In this document: positions 16,448 to 27,754 of the stretch, one piece after another | Layout of the letters: every line of letters starts with the position of its first letter | Position numbering within the stretch: position 1 is the first letter of the stretch | NCBI GenBank assembly: GCA_963666215.2 | Contig: CAXWPL010000005.1 | Location: 288,001 to 352,000, forward strand | Direction of reading: 5' to 3' | DNA from: Acidobacteriota bacterium | GTDB taxonomy: Bacteria > Acidobacteriota > UBA890 > WLXD01 | DNA length: 64,000 nt | The notes under the pieces: generated by a model | The model's input: the letters and a program-made list of their open reading frames with translations, nothing else | Database searches by the model: none | Told to the model about the DNA's origin: nothing | Translations under genes and position numbers: made by a program

Positions 16448-17655
16448 GCGCGCTCCTCACCCAGCGTGTTCCAGCCGTGGCAATGCGGGCAGCGGGTGAA
16501 CGGCTCGAGGCCGCGGAAGCGACACTCCAAGCAGACGTAGGGCTCGTCGACAAGTCCGTTCACACTGGCGTCGAGCAACTCAGTCAGACGTGCGGCAGCG
16601 GGGTCGTTGCTCTGCGGTGGTCGTCCATTGCTGCCACCGGCCACCCGCCCCTCGGGAGCCGAAGCCAGCGCCCGCCACAGCGCGCGCTGCACACCGAAGG
16701 CGTGGGGGCGCTCGCGCAGCGCCGCCGCCAGAACGTCGCTCGCTCCCTCGGCGTCGCCCCCATGAAGCCGCGAACGGCCGAGGGCCAACGCCGCCCACCA
16801 GGCGCGTGGATCACGCTCCAGGAGCTCGCCACATACACGTTCGAGGGTGGCGAGGGCGCCGCACTCGAGCGCGATATCGCTCAGAGCTTCGACCGCGGCG
16901 CGAGGCCAGGGCGCCGCAGAAGAGGTGGCCGCCGCCAAATGCTTCACGGCTTCGTCTTGCTTCCCTTCGGCGCGCTCCAGAGCGGCAATGCCGACCAGTG
17001 CCGGCGCATATCCAGCGTCGAGGTCCAGTGCCTTTCGGTAGTGATCCGCGGCCCGTCGCGAATCGGACGCTACGAACTGCTTGGCCCACTCGGTGTGCAT
17101 CGCGGGCAACAGGTCGATGTCACCGCCCTCGCCCACGGCTCGTAGTCGCCGGTAGAGCTCGATCGCCTCACCCCAGCGTCCGAACTCCTCGTGGATCCCC
17201 TGCAAACGCCTGAGGCCCGACACGTTGTCGAGGTCGAGCTCCAGAACCTCCCGAAACGTACGCTCGGCACGATCACTGAGCCCGGCGCGGCGGAAGTCCT
17301 CGCCCAACGACAGCAGGATGTGCAGGCGCTCCCCCTCGCTCAGGTCGGGGCGGTGCAGCAAGCTCTTGTGGACCTCGATGGCGCGATCGGCCTGCCCGGT
17401 TTCACGGAAGAGATTTCCCAGTGCGACGTGTGGCTCAAGCGCGTGCGTCTCGTCGTGTACGGCGCGTGCCAGCTCGCGAACGGCCCTGGTGGGCTCCTGT
17501 GAAGCGAGATAGCCGAGCGCCCGCAGGTAGTGCGGGCGCTCGGGCTGCTCCGGCCGACGCGGACGTCGGCGGCGCGACCACAGCTCTCCGATCAGCGCAC
17601 CCACCGCGAGCAGCGCCAACCCCACCCCGATGCTCAGTGGCCAGCTCGAAGTCAT
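16444..17655 (-). CDS. lapB: LapB-like TPR protein with a C-terminal rubredoxin domain
   Basis: N-terminal TM anchor, ALGNLFRETG..DRAIEVH..L, TPRs, YVCLEC...CPHCHGWNT; located in the Kdo operon. Confidence 0.85.
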   Translation of the reverse strand: MTSSWPLSIGVGLALLAVGALIGELWSRRRRPRRPEQPERPHYLRALGYLASQEPTRAVRELARAVHDETHALEPHVALGNLFRETGQADRAIEVHKSLLHRPDLSEGERLHILLSLGEDFRRAGLSDRAERTFREVLELDLDNVSGLRRLQGIHEEFGRWGEAIELYRRLRAVGEGGDIDLLPAMHTEWAKQFVASDSRRAADHYRKALDLDAGYAPALVGIAALERAEGKQDEAVKHLAAATSSAAPWPRAAVEALSDIALECGALATLERVCGELLERDPRAWWAALALGRSRLHGGDAEGASDVLAAALRERPHAFGVQRALWRALASAPEGRVAGGSNGRPPQSNDPAAARLTELLDASVNGLVDEPYVCLECRFRGLEPFTRCPHCHGWNTLGEERA

Positions 17656-18194
17656 TCGCGAGCCCGCATTTTTTCGAGCAAATCGCCCCAAGCGCCGTGG
17701 GCTTCCACCATGTCGTCAACCAACTCGCGCAAGGCGCCCCGACCACCCGCCGTCTCGGTAACCCAGTGAGCAGCGTCAAGGGCCACCGGATGTGCATCGG
17801 CGACGGCCACCGCCAGTCCGACGCGTTCGAGCAGCGGCACGTCAATCAGATCGTCGCCGATAAAAGCCACCTCCTTCAATTCCAGGCCGCGCTCGGCGCA
17901 AATCCACTCGCCGGCGGCCAGCTTGTTGGTGCAGCCTTGCACGAGTGCGGCGGTGGGCAGCTCGGCGAACCGCCGCGCAACGGCAGCCGAGGTACGCCCC
18001 GTGATGACGGCGATCGGAAGGCCGATGTCGCAGGCGATGTGGACGGCACTGCCGTCGCGCACATGGAAGACCTTGGCCTCCCAGTCGTCGCTACCGTAGA
18101 CAATTGAGCCGTCGGTGAGGACGCCATCAACATCCACCGCCACCAGGCGAATGGATCGCAGGCGCTCCATGTATTCCTCGCGCGTCAGTCGCAT
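17652..18194 (-). CDS. kdsC: Kdo 8-phosphate phosphatase
   Basis: DVDGVLTDG, FHVRDG, ITGR, IGDDLID and GGRGALRE motifs. Confidence 0.93.
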   Translation of the reverse strand: MRLTREEYMERLRSIRLVAVDVDGVLTDGSIVYGSDDWEAKVFHVRDGSAVHIACDIGLPIAVITGRTSAAVARRFAELPTAALVQGCTNKLAAGEWICAERGLELKEVAFIGDDLIDVPLLERVGLAVAVADAHPVALDAAHWVTETAGGRGALRELVDDMVEAHGAWGDLLEKMRARE

Positions 18195-18250
18195 CGGTCC
18201 TGGCCCGCGACGGGTCGACCCACAACTTGCCGGACCACCGCCTGCCCCGC

Positions 18251-19261
18251 TCAAACCATCTGCGTACGCCACAAATCGTGCAGATGCACGACTCCGGCGA
18301 ACGCTTCTGACGAATCGGTGACAATCAGAACCGTGATTCGACGCTCCTCGAGAAGCTTCAACGCTTCGGTGGCAAGCGCGTCGGCCTCGATGCTGACTGG
18401 CGAGCGTGTCATGCAAGCGTCCACCGAAAGTTCGTGCGGTGCGTCGGCGGAGCCTAGCCATCGGCGCAGGTCGCCGTCGGTGACGATACCGGCAACCTCG
18501 CCCGCTTCATCGACCACCACGGTCATCCCCAGACGCTTGGCGGAAATCTCGCGCACAGCGTCGCGCACACTCGATCCCGAGCGCACGAGGGGCACCTGCT
18601 CCCCCGAGTGCATGACGCTGTTCACTCGCAGCAGCCGGCGGCCCAGCGAGCCGCGAGGGTGAAACGACGCAAAGTCCTCGGGACCGAATCCACGCTCGTT
18701 GAGCAGCGCCATCGCCAGGGCATCACCGAGGGCGAGCGCCGCGGTCGTGCTGGCGGTGGGAGCGAGGCCCATGGGGCAGGCCTCGTTGTCGATAGCGACG
18801 TGCAACACCACGTCAGCCTCGCGAGCCAGGGTCGACATCGCCTCCCCGACCAGTGCAATCAAACCTACCTCGAGCCGGCGCATCGCCGGCAGGAGGGCAA
18901 CGAGCTCCTCGGTTTCGCCGCTGTGACTCAGAGCCACCACCACGTCGCCATCGACGATCATGCCGAGGTCGCCGTGGCCCGCCTCGGCTGGGTGCAGGAA
19001 AAAGGCCGGAGTCCCCGTCGAGGCCAGCGTCCCAGCGAGCTTCTTGCCGATAATTCCCGACTTGCCCATGCCGGTGCAGACGATGCGACCCGGGCACTTG
19101 AGCAACATCGTCAGCGCTGCGGACAGTGCCTCCTCGTCGAACTCGGCGGCGAGCTTCGTCAACGCCGCCGCCTCGGTGACAAGCACCTGCCTGGCGATCG
19201 CAAGGCTTTCCGCGCGACGGCCCACAAGTGGTGCCGCGTCAACTCCACTCGCCGGCTTCAT
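18251..19261 (-). CDS. kdsD: Arabinose-5-phosphate isomerase (KpsF/GutQ)
   Basis: GMGKSG, HPAEAGHGDLG, APTASTT and FHPRGSLG motifs; paired CBS domains. Confidence 0.95.
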   Translation of the reverse strand: MKPASGVDAAPLVGRRAESLAIARQVLVTEAAALTKLAAEFDEEALSAALTMLLKCPGRIVCTGMGKSGIIGKKLAGTLASTGTPAFFLHPAEAGHGDLGMIVDGDVVVALSHSGETEELVALLPAMRRLEVGLIALVGEAMSTLAREADVVLHVAIDNEACPMGLAPTASTTAALALGDALAMALLNERGFGPEDFASFHPRGSLGRRLLRVNSVMHSGEQVPLVRSGSSVRDAVREISAKRLGMTVVVDEAGEVAGIVTDGDLRRWLGSADAPHELSVDACMTRSPVSIEADALATEALKLLEERRITVLIVTDSSEAFAGVVHLHDLWRTQMV

Positions 19262-20091
19262 GAGCTCCTCCGAGCGCCATCGGCCTGTACGGCATCGTGC
19301 ACCCGCCGCAGCGACGCCAGAAGAAAATCGAGCTCTGCCAGCGGCAGCTGCGTTGTTGCGTCGCTGACCGCGCGCTCCGGCTCGTCATGGACTTCGATAA
19401 AAAGCACGTCCACGCCCGCCGCCACACCGGCGCGCGCCAGCAGAGCGGCAAACCGGCGCTCTCCTCCCGTTTCTCGTCCCAGGCTCGGCAGCTGCAGGCT
19501 GTGGGTCACATCAAGGACGACGGGGTAACCAAAGTCCTGCATGAACCCGAGCCCTTTGAAGTCGACGACCAGGTTGTTGTAGCCGAAGCTGGCTCCGCGC
19601 TCGGTAATCAGCAACCTCTCGTTGCCCGTCGAAGCGGCCTTCTCGACGACATTCCGCATATCCCAGGGGGCCAGGAACTGCCCCTTCTTGAGATTCACCA
19701 CACGGCCGCTCGCCGCTGCGGCGAGCACGAGATCGGTCTGCCTGCAAAGGAACGCCGGGATCTGAAGCACGTCGCACACCTCAGCCGCGGCTCCAACCTG
19801 TTCGACCGTGTGGACATCGGTGAGCACAGGCACGCCCACTTCAGAGCGAACCTCCGCGAGAATCTTCAGGCCAGCCTCGATGCCAGGGCCACGCGCCGAA
19901 TCGACCGCCGTGCGGTTAGCCTTGTCGAACGACGCCTTGAAGACGTATGCCAGGCCGCACGTCTCCGCTGCCGCCGACACGGCCTCGGCCATCCTCAAGC
20001 AATGGTCGCGCGACTCGATCGCGCACGGCCCCGCAATGAGCCCGAGCCCACCGTTGCCGAAAACAACGCTTTCGGAGACCTGCACACCCAT
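19258..20091 (-). CDS. kdsA: Kdo 8-phosphate synthase
   Basis: IAGPCAIE, FKASFDKANRT, QIPAFLCRQTDL and KKGQF motifs; GGAG RBS before ATG 20091. Confidence 0.96.
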   Translation of the reverse strand: MGVQVSESVVFGNGGLGLIAGPCAIESRDHCLRMAEAVSAAAETCGLAYVFKASFDKANRTAVDSARGPGIEAGLKILAEVRSEVGVPVLTDVHTVEQVGAAAEVCDVLQIPAFLCRQTDLVLAAAASGRVVNLKKGQFLAPWDMRNVVEKAASTGNERLLITERGASFGYNNLVVDFKGLGFMQDFGYPVVLDVTHSLQLPSLGRETGGERRFAALLARAGVAAGVDVLFIEVHDEPERAVSDATTQLPLAELDFLLASLRRVHDAVQADGARRSS

Positions 20092-20228
20092 CGATCGTGC
20101 TCCGTGCCGCCGGTCGCGAGACATCACGCGGCCGCAGCGGCTAGGCGAGCGTCCGAGGTATCGGACCGCGCCGAGGAAGTTGGGATCTGGGACCCATTGG
20201 CGAACCGGAGGGCGTGGAGTCGGCGGCC

Positions 20229-22040
<1,812 letters not shown>

Positions 22041-22895
22041 CTACACAGCGTCATCGTCTTCGATCAGCTTCCGCACCCGCTCCAGATCGGCGGGAGTGTC
22101 CACCCCCGGCGCCACCTCCGGAACTTCGTATGTCTGGATTTCTTCTCCCGCTTCGAGAACGCGCAGTTGCTCGAGACGTTCGCTACGCTCGAGCGAGGAC
22201 GGCGGAATTGTAGCCCACCGCAACAGGGCATTCCGTCGATACATGTAGATGCCGACGTGCAGCCAGTACGGCCCCGGGAGCGCCGGAGCTCCGTCGAACT
22301 CGACCACCGCCCCACCGCCGCCCTCTTCGCCCTGGTCACAGGCCAGCGGACGGCTGGCTCGCCAGACGTTTCGCGGGAAAGGCAGCGCCGCGCGGCTGAA
22401 GTAGAGCGCCCGACCGTTGTGGTCGACGACAACCTTGACGACGTTGGGGTCCCAAAGATCCGCTGCCGCCACGAGCGGCGCGCGCAGGGTGCCGTAGTCG
22501 TGCTCCGAAGCGGCAAAGCTACCCAGCGCGCGGCCCACCGCTTGAGCGTCGAACAGCGGCTCATCTCCTTGAATGTTCAACACCAGATCGGCATCGAGCG
22601 TCGCGGCAACGTGTGCCACCCGATCGGTCCCCGAAGCGAGGTCGCCGGGCGTTTCGACAGCTCGGGCACCCGCGGTCTGAGCCGCGTCGGCGATACGCTG
22701 ATCGTCGGTCGCCACCACGATCTCCTCGGGACCTTCGATGCCACGACAGCGCTCGATAACGTGGGCGATCATCGGGCGACCGGCGAGCAAGGCCAACGGC
22801 TTGCCGGGAAATCGTGTTGAGCCGTAGCGCGCAGGGATCACGGCGACGCAACTCAGGGCACCGACTTCCCCGGACGGCTGCGCGGCCGTGGGCAT
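22041..22895 (-). CDS. kdsB: CMP-Kdo synthetase
   Basis: IPARYGSTRFPGKPL, SGTDR, NIQGDEP, ALYFSRA and LEQLRVL motifs. Confidence 0.96.
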   Translation of the reverse strand: MPTAAQPSGEVGALSCVAVIPARYGSTRFPGKPLALLAGRPMIAHVIERCRGIEGPEEIVVATDDQRIADAAQTAGARAVETPGDLASGTDRVAHVAATLDADLVLNIQGDEPLFDAQAVGRALGSFAASEHDYGTLRAPLVAAADLWDPNVVKVVVDHNGRALYFSRAALPFPRNVWRASRPLACDQGEEGGGGAVVEFDGAPALPGPYWLHVGIYMYRRNALLRWATIPPSSLERSERLEQLRVLEAGEEIQTYEVPEVAPGVDTPADLERVRKLIEDDDAV

Positions 22896-22899
22896 CGAT

Positions 22900-23196
22900 C
22901 TAGCCGCGATCGCCGGCCGGCTCGGCGGCGCTGCCTACCGGCCCCGGGGGCAACATCTCTGCCAGCTCCGCCAGAGTGGCATCGAGTAGGGCCTCGGTTT
23001 GATCGTCCGGAATCACGACGTCGAAAACCTCCTCTGCCGCTACCAGCAGATCGATAATCTCCACCGAGGCAAGGCCCAGATCACTCTGCAGGCGAGACTC
23101 CGGGCCAATGTAGAGGGAGCGCTCTCGCAGCATCGGCTTGACCTCGTAGACGAGCTCACCCAGCCGCTGGATGACACCAGGATCGGCGGCGCTCAT
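22900..23196 (-). CDS. Stand-alone acyl carrier protein
   Basis: SDLGLASVEIIDLLVAAEEVFDVVIPD, with the phosphopantetheine Ser in an LGLAS variant. ATG overlaps the FAAL stop. Confidence 0.85.
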   Translation of the reverse strand: MSAADPGVIQRLGELVYEVKPMLRERSLYIGPESRLQSDLGLASVEIIDLLVAAEEVFDVVIPDDQTEALLDATLAELAEMLPPGPVGSAAEPAGDRG

Positions 23197-24977
23197 GGCA
23201 GCTCGCGGGCCATGTACATCGTGCGGCACTTCGCGCGGCACCGCTTACCGCTGGTGGTGCGCGGAATCCGACCGCGCTCCACCAGCACAACGTCGAGCAA
23301 CGGGAGGCCCATACCGTCGGCGACCGCCTCACGGATCGCCGCAGCGACGCCACTTCGGCGACCGTTGTCGGAGCCGGCGGGGGCGGCGGCACGCCCGTTA
23401 CCGTTCGCCGGTGAAGCGACGACAACGATCCCCTCTCGGTCCCCGTCGTCGACGCCGAAAGCCACAGCGCTGCCGTCGCGAACCTCTGCAAGGCCCTCGA
23501 CCACCCACTCGATATCTTGCGGGTAGATGTTGCGGCCGTCGACGATGATCAGCTCCTTGGCCCGCCCGGTCACGAACAACTCGCCGTTGCGAAAAAAGCC
23601 CAGGTCGCCGCTATGCAGCCAGCCGTCGCGAAGCACCTCCGCGGTGGCGCGCTCGTTGTCGAAGTACCCCGACATCACCGAGTCGCCCGCGATGACGATC
23701 TCGCCAATCGTGCCGTCGGGAACCGGGAGTCCGTAGCAATCGAGAATTCGAACCTGCATGGCGCCGATCGGCTCGCCAACCCCGACCAGCACCAGGTCGC
23801 CGCTAGCGTGACGCGTGGCTTCGCTTACAAGGCCCGCGTTCTCGAACGAATCGCGCTCGCAACGCAGCAACGTATGGCGGCGATCAACCTCTGATCCGGT
23901 GACCATGAGTCCGACTTCAGCGAGCCCGTACGCCGGCGTGAAAGCCGTGGGCGACATGCCGAGGGGCTCGAACGCGGCCGAGAACGACTCGAGCAGATAG
24001 GGGTCGATCGGCTCGGCACCAACAATCGCGATGCGCCAGGCGTCGAGTCGCTGGCCGCCTGGGCGGCCGCGACGCAGCAGGTGTCGGTAGCTGGCGTTGG
24101 GTCCGGCGGTAGCCGATACACGATGGCGCTCCATGATCTCGAGCCAGCGGCGAGGACGACGCAGAAAGCCGAAGGGAGTCGTCATCACCAGGCTCATACA
24201 CGCGGCGGTGGCCGACAGGAGGTTACCGATCAGCCCCATATCGTGGAACAACGGCAGCCATCCACCGCCAATATCTTCAGGCGTGACGCCCAGATGGTCG
24301 ACGATGGCTCGGACGTTGGCCATCACCTGGCGGTTCTCCAGCACAACACCGCGCGGCGCCGACGTGCTGCCGGAGGTGAACTGAATCAGGCAGACGCGGT
24401 TGGAAGCGTCGTCACCGGCCGGGGAGCCCTCGGACCACGGCGTCGACAATGCCGCGCCGCAGGCCGGCTGTAGCTCGTCAGCGCGCAGCAAGGCACCGCC
24501 CTCCAGGTCGGCTGCGGCCACCAGTTCGTCGTCAACTCGAGCGAGCGCCTCGTCCACCAGAACACGCCGCGGCCGAGCCACTCGCAAGACGCCGCTCGCG
24601 TGCCGAACGTAGCTCGCCAGTCGCCGACGGCCGACCGGGGTCGGCAGAATGCTCGGCTGCAGGCCTCCCATCTGCGCCGCGAAAAACGCGGTCACGAGGC
24701 CGCGTAGATCGCCCAGTAGCAGGGCGATCCGATCGCCCGACTGCAGGCCGGTCCCGCGCAGGCGCCCCGCCATCTCGCCAGCCTCGTCGAGTAGTTGCGG
24801 CCAGTTCTGCCGCCGTTCCTCGCCGCCATCGACGTAAATCAGCCCGCGCTCTGGCTCCAGGCGCGCGGCGCGCTCGAGCAGGTCCGAAATCGTGCGAGGC
24901 TGGTCGCTCGGCAAGGCCGACTCATCCGAGAGGTGTCGGCCGGGCGTTGCAAGGCTTGTGAGTCGGCTCGGGGTCAC
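23193..24977 (-). CDS. Fatty acyl-AMP ligase (FAAL)
   Basis: QFTSGSTSAPRG, WLPLFHDMGLIG, PAYGLAE followed by a FAAL-type insertion, SGDLGF, RTTSGK. Confidence 0.9.
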   Translation of the reverse strand: MTPSRLTSLATPGRHLSDESALPSDQPRTISDLLERAARLEPERGLIYVDGGEERRQNWPQLLDEAGEMAGRLRGTGLQSGDRIALLLGDLRGLVTAFFAAQMGGLQPSILPTPVGRRRLASYVRHASGVLRVARPRRVLVDEALARVDDELVAAADLEGGALLRADELQPACGAALSTPWSEGSPAGDDASNRVCLIQFTSGSTSAPRGVVLENRQVMANVRAIVDHLGVTPEDIGGGWLPLFHDMGLIGNLLSATAACMSLVMTTPFGFLRRPRRWLEIMERHRVSATAGPNASYRHLLRRGRPGGQRLDAWRIAIVGAEPIDPYLLESFSAAFEPLGMSPTAFTPAYGLAEVGLMVTGSEVDRRHTLLRCERDSFENAGLVSEATRHASGDLVLVGVGEPIGAMQVRILDCYGLPVPDGTIGEIVIAGDSVMSGYFDNERATAEVLRDGWLHSGDLGFFRNGELFVTGRAKELIIVDGRNIYPQDIEWVVEGLAEVRDGSAVAFGVDDGDREGIVVVASPANGNGRAAAPAGSDNGRRSGVAAAIREAVADGMGLPLLDVVLVERGRIPRTTSGKRCRAKCRTMYMARELP

Positions 24978-25055
24978 GCGCTGGCTCCGACGATTTCGCG
25001 TCAGTCTGACTCGGGGAACCCGGAACGACGTCGGTCCAAGGCGGGGTCGAGAAAC

Positions 25056-26228
25056 TCAGGCCACGCCGGCAGGGGCGATCGCGGCATGCCGAGCATAAAC
25101 CAACGACCAGGCGTCTTCCGTATCGGCGCCGGTGATCAGCAACCCGTGGTTGGTGAGCCCGAGGATCGTTCGGTCCGGATCCTCGGTCCGGCTCAGACCG
25201 TCGACGATCGAATCGCACAGCTCCACGGTGCCGCACGGGTAGTGGTTGTCGGTGTACACAATGTCGTCGAGCTCGGCGTGAATGTGGATCATCGAGCCAA
25301 TCTTCGGGTAGGCGTCGTAGATCACGGCGTGAATCGACGTATCGATTGAGGAGCGCGCCTCGTCGTACCCGGAAGGAACACGCAAATAGACCGCGCGCTC
25401 ATCCCTATCGAACCGATCGATGTAGACCAGGTCGCGGCCAATGACATCGAGGGCGGCCTTGTCGACACCTCGGCCGGTCATCCAGAAGCCCGTCCTACCG
25501 GGCTCGCGAGCGCTCATGTTGCCGTAGCTGATCTGCCGCAGCCCGAGCACCTTGAAGTAACGCCGCCGGGCGCGCCCCGACAGCCCGTCCAGCGGAACCG
25601 CCGGCGGCACCAGATCGAGACCGTCAAGGCGCCGCGCGACGTCCTGTATCGACGCCGTCACGGCTGTTCCGGCACAAAGATCGGCTGCCAGATCGGTGCT
25701 GACGACGTTGTCGTCGATGTAGGTAACGTCGGAGCGCCGCACGAGAGTGAGAAACAGCTCGTCGAACAGCTCTGCCGTTGGGCCGCACGATGAATCGGAA
25801 TCAGGCTCGCCTTCAGCGGCGACGCGCTTGGTGCCAACGACCGTCTCGATACCACGCTCCGGGGTCACCAGCGTTAGCAGCAGCTCGTTGGAGTCATCGC
25901 CGGTGCCCTCGACATCGATGGCCAGATTCGCCATCACCGTCAGACCGGCCTCGTAGGCGCGCACAACTTTCGCGCCTTCACCGGAGCCCGGCTCTCCGAT
26001 ATAGATCAGCCCGATGAAATCCTGGTAGCTGCGGCGCACGATTGGCAGCCGCGACGCCACCATCGGATCGTCCATCACAGCCAGCGTGACATCGGCCTGC
26101 TCCAGCGAATCGGCTGGAAGGTCGAGCAGCTCGTAGCGGTCGGACTCCGCGAAGCGCCAGCGCAACTCGGACGCGAAACCCTGCAACATCGGTGAGCTGC
26201 TGGGTGCGAACAGGCGGACCGTCTTCAT
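25056..26228 (-). CDS. Class II aldolase/adducin-fold protein with a long N-terminal domain of unknown function
   Basis: C-terminal YGNMSAR...SIDTSIH...MIHIH...YPCGT...LTNHGL (three-His metal site). Start could be up to 26330. Confidence 0.75.
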   Translation of the reverse strand: MKTVRLFAPSSSPMLQGFASELRWRFAESDRYELLDLPADSLEQADVTLAVMDDPMVASRLPIVRRSYQDFIGLIYIGEPGSGEGAKVVRAYEAGLTVMANLAIDVEGTGDDSNELLLTLVTPERGIETVVGTKRVAAEGEPDSDSSCGPTAELFDELFLTLVRRSDVTYIDDNVVSTDLAADLCAGTAVTASIQDVARRLDGLDLVPPAVPLDGLSGRARRRYFKVLGLRQISYGNMSAREPGRTGFWMTGRGVDKAALDVIGRDLVYIDRFDRDERAVYLRVPSGYDEARSSIDTSIHAVIYDAYPKIGSMIHIHAELDDIVYTDNHYPCGTVELCDSIVDGLSRTEDPDRTILGLTNHGLLITGADTEDAWSLVYARHAAIAPAGVA

Positions 26229-26373
26229 GTCGTCAAACCTAGGGAACTCGCTGCGAATCACCCGGTGCTGCCGGATGACCGCGGCCTCGTTTCGTTCGCG
26301 GAAGCGGGCCAACACCGACCGTACAATCAACAGGCATCGCGGTCGGCCCGGGGATGTGAAGCGGCAACAGTAT

Positions 26374-27324
26374 CTATTTCGGCATTCTCAGGCGCAATCC
26401 GCCTGGCAGCACTCGGAGCCTTCCGGGCAAGCGGCCCGGGATCTCCCCGTCGAGCTCCACGGCTACCGCCTCACCCTCGAGACTGAGCTCGGCGCACTCC
26501 AAATAGGTGACAGCCGGGTGATCGGTGCCCGTCCCTTTCATCAGGCGCGGCAGTTGCCGCAGCGCTTCAAAGGTCGGCATCGAGCCAATACAGGCGATCG
26601 CCAACAGCCCACTTCGCAGGTCGGCGTCCGGGCAGGGGCGCATGCCACCGCCGAAGAACGGACCGTTGCAGACCGAAAGGTTGAGCACGGCCGCGGAGTG
26701 GGCGTCACCCTCGTCGGCCGCCAAGCTCAGCTCGACGAGTTGTGGGCGCAGCAACTCCAATGCCGACGCGATGACGTAGGCCGGCGCGCCCATCGCGCCG
26801 AGCAGCCGCGAACTCGCCACACGTTCGGCAACCGTCGGGCCGAGTCCGATGTTGGCGGCGTTGAGGAAGTACTTGGTAATTCGACCATGATCCGTACTGA
26901 GGTCAGCTACCCCCACATCGACGAGCATCTCGTAGCCCTGCGGCAGGCGGCGCAGGTTGTCCAGCGGGTCGGGCGACAGCCCGAGTCCACGAGCGAAGTC
27001 GCAGCCGGTCCCCATTGGCACGTGGGCCAACGTCGGCGCGTCCTGCGACTCGGCCCCCAACAGCCCGTTGACGACCTCGTGCGCCGTGCCATCGCCGCCA
27101 ATTGCGACAACCAGGTCCACGCTGCTGGCCGCTGCCGTTCGCGCCAGGTCGGTGGCATGGCCGGGCCCGTTGGTCAATTCAACCCGAACGTCATCGCGTG
27201 ATTGGCGATCGGAGCCGGAATCGCCGGCGGCGGGCCAGCCGTTGAGAATCTCTCTCACCGACGCGACGCGCTTGCCCGCACGCCCGCTGGCAGCGACGGG
27301 GTTCAGGATGACAACCGTGCTCAT
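26374..27324 (-). CDS. Diacylglycerol/sphingosine kinase family lipid kinase (YegS/DgkB-like)
   Basis: ILNPVA, GGDGTAHEVVNG, PMGTGCDFAR, NGPFFGGG and ELDGE motifs. Confidence 0.92.
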   Translation of the reverse strand: MSTVVILNPVAASGRAGKRVASVREILNGWPAAGDSGSDRQSRDDVRVELTNGPGHATDLARTAAASSVDLVVAIGGDGTAHEVVNGLLGAESQDAPTLAHVPMGTGCDFARGLGLSPDPLDNLRRLPQGYEMLVDVGVADLSTDHGRITKYFLNAANIGLGPTVAERVASSRLLGAMGAPAYVIASALELLRPQLVELSLAADEGDAHSAAVLNLSVCNGPFFGGGMRPCPDADLRSGLLAIACIGSMPTFEALRQLPRLMKGTGTDHPAVTYLECAELSLEGEAVAVELDGEIPGRLPGRLRVLPGGLRLRMPK

Positions 27325-27378
27325 GATCTCCTCGCGACCACGCAACATCCGAGCGCTCGTGGCTGCTCTCGCCCGCTC

Positions 27379-27408
27379 TTGACGACACGACAGGCGGAAA
27401 CCTATCGT
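27379..27408 (+). promoter_or_regulatory. Putative sigma70 promoter TTGACG-N18-TATCGT driving the ino1 leader
   Basis: TTGACG at 27379-27384 and TATCGT at 27403-27408, immediately before the structured region. Confidence 0.55.
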
Positions 27409-27414
27409 AGCTCC

Positions 27415-27754
27415 GACCGCGGTCGTGTGAACGACGGCGTGGCGAGCGCGTTGCGTGGGAAGAACGCGTGTGCGTGGTCAATACATTCGGGAAGCCATCA
27501 TTCATACCTATCGATCATCCTCCTGCTGATGGTTCCTCTTGGGCTTCGGCCCTCGTAGGCCAATCAACCAAGAACAGCCCGCGCGCTCGCCACAGCAAGC
27601 CGTCGGATTTTTCCCTCTGGGCAAGGGTTCCCGTGCGCCTGGCGCCGGGGCCAGCGCTGTCGCGGCCCGTCGATTGCCTGGAAAGAGCCCTCCGTGCGAA
27701 CGGAGAAGATCCTCTTGGGCTGCGCACGGGCCGAGGCCGCGCGTAGGGGGAACT
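27415..27754 (+). ncRNA. Candidate structured 5' leader or small RNA upstream of ino1
   Basis: 12-bp stem 27439-50/27582-93 plus 7-bp stem 27432-38/27599-605; GGGC-UUCG-GCCC and UCCGU-GCGA-ACGGA tetraloop hairpins; 9-bp stem 27630-38/27722-30. Confidence 0.5.

Noticed and set aside
27191-27505. 104-aa minus-strand ORF preceded by AGGAGG
   Set aside because: SD spacing is 13 nt, the product is low-complexity and overlaps the DAGK start out of frame, and the + strand tetraloops explain the region better as RNA. A short peptide cannot be fully excluded.
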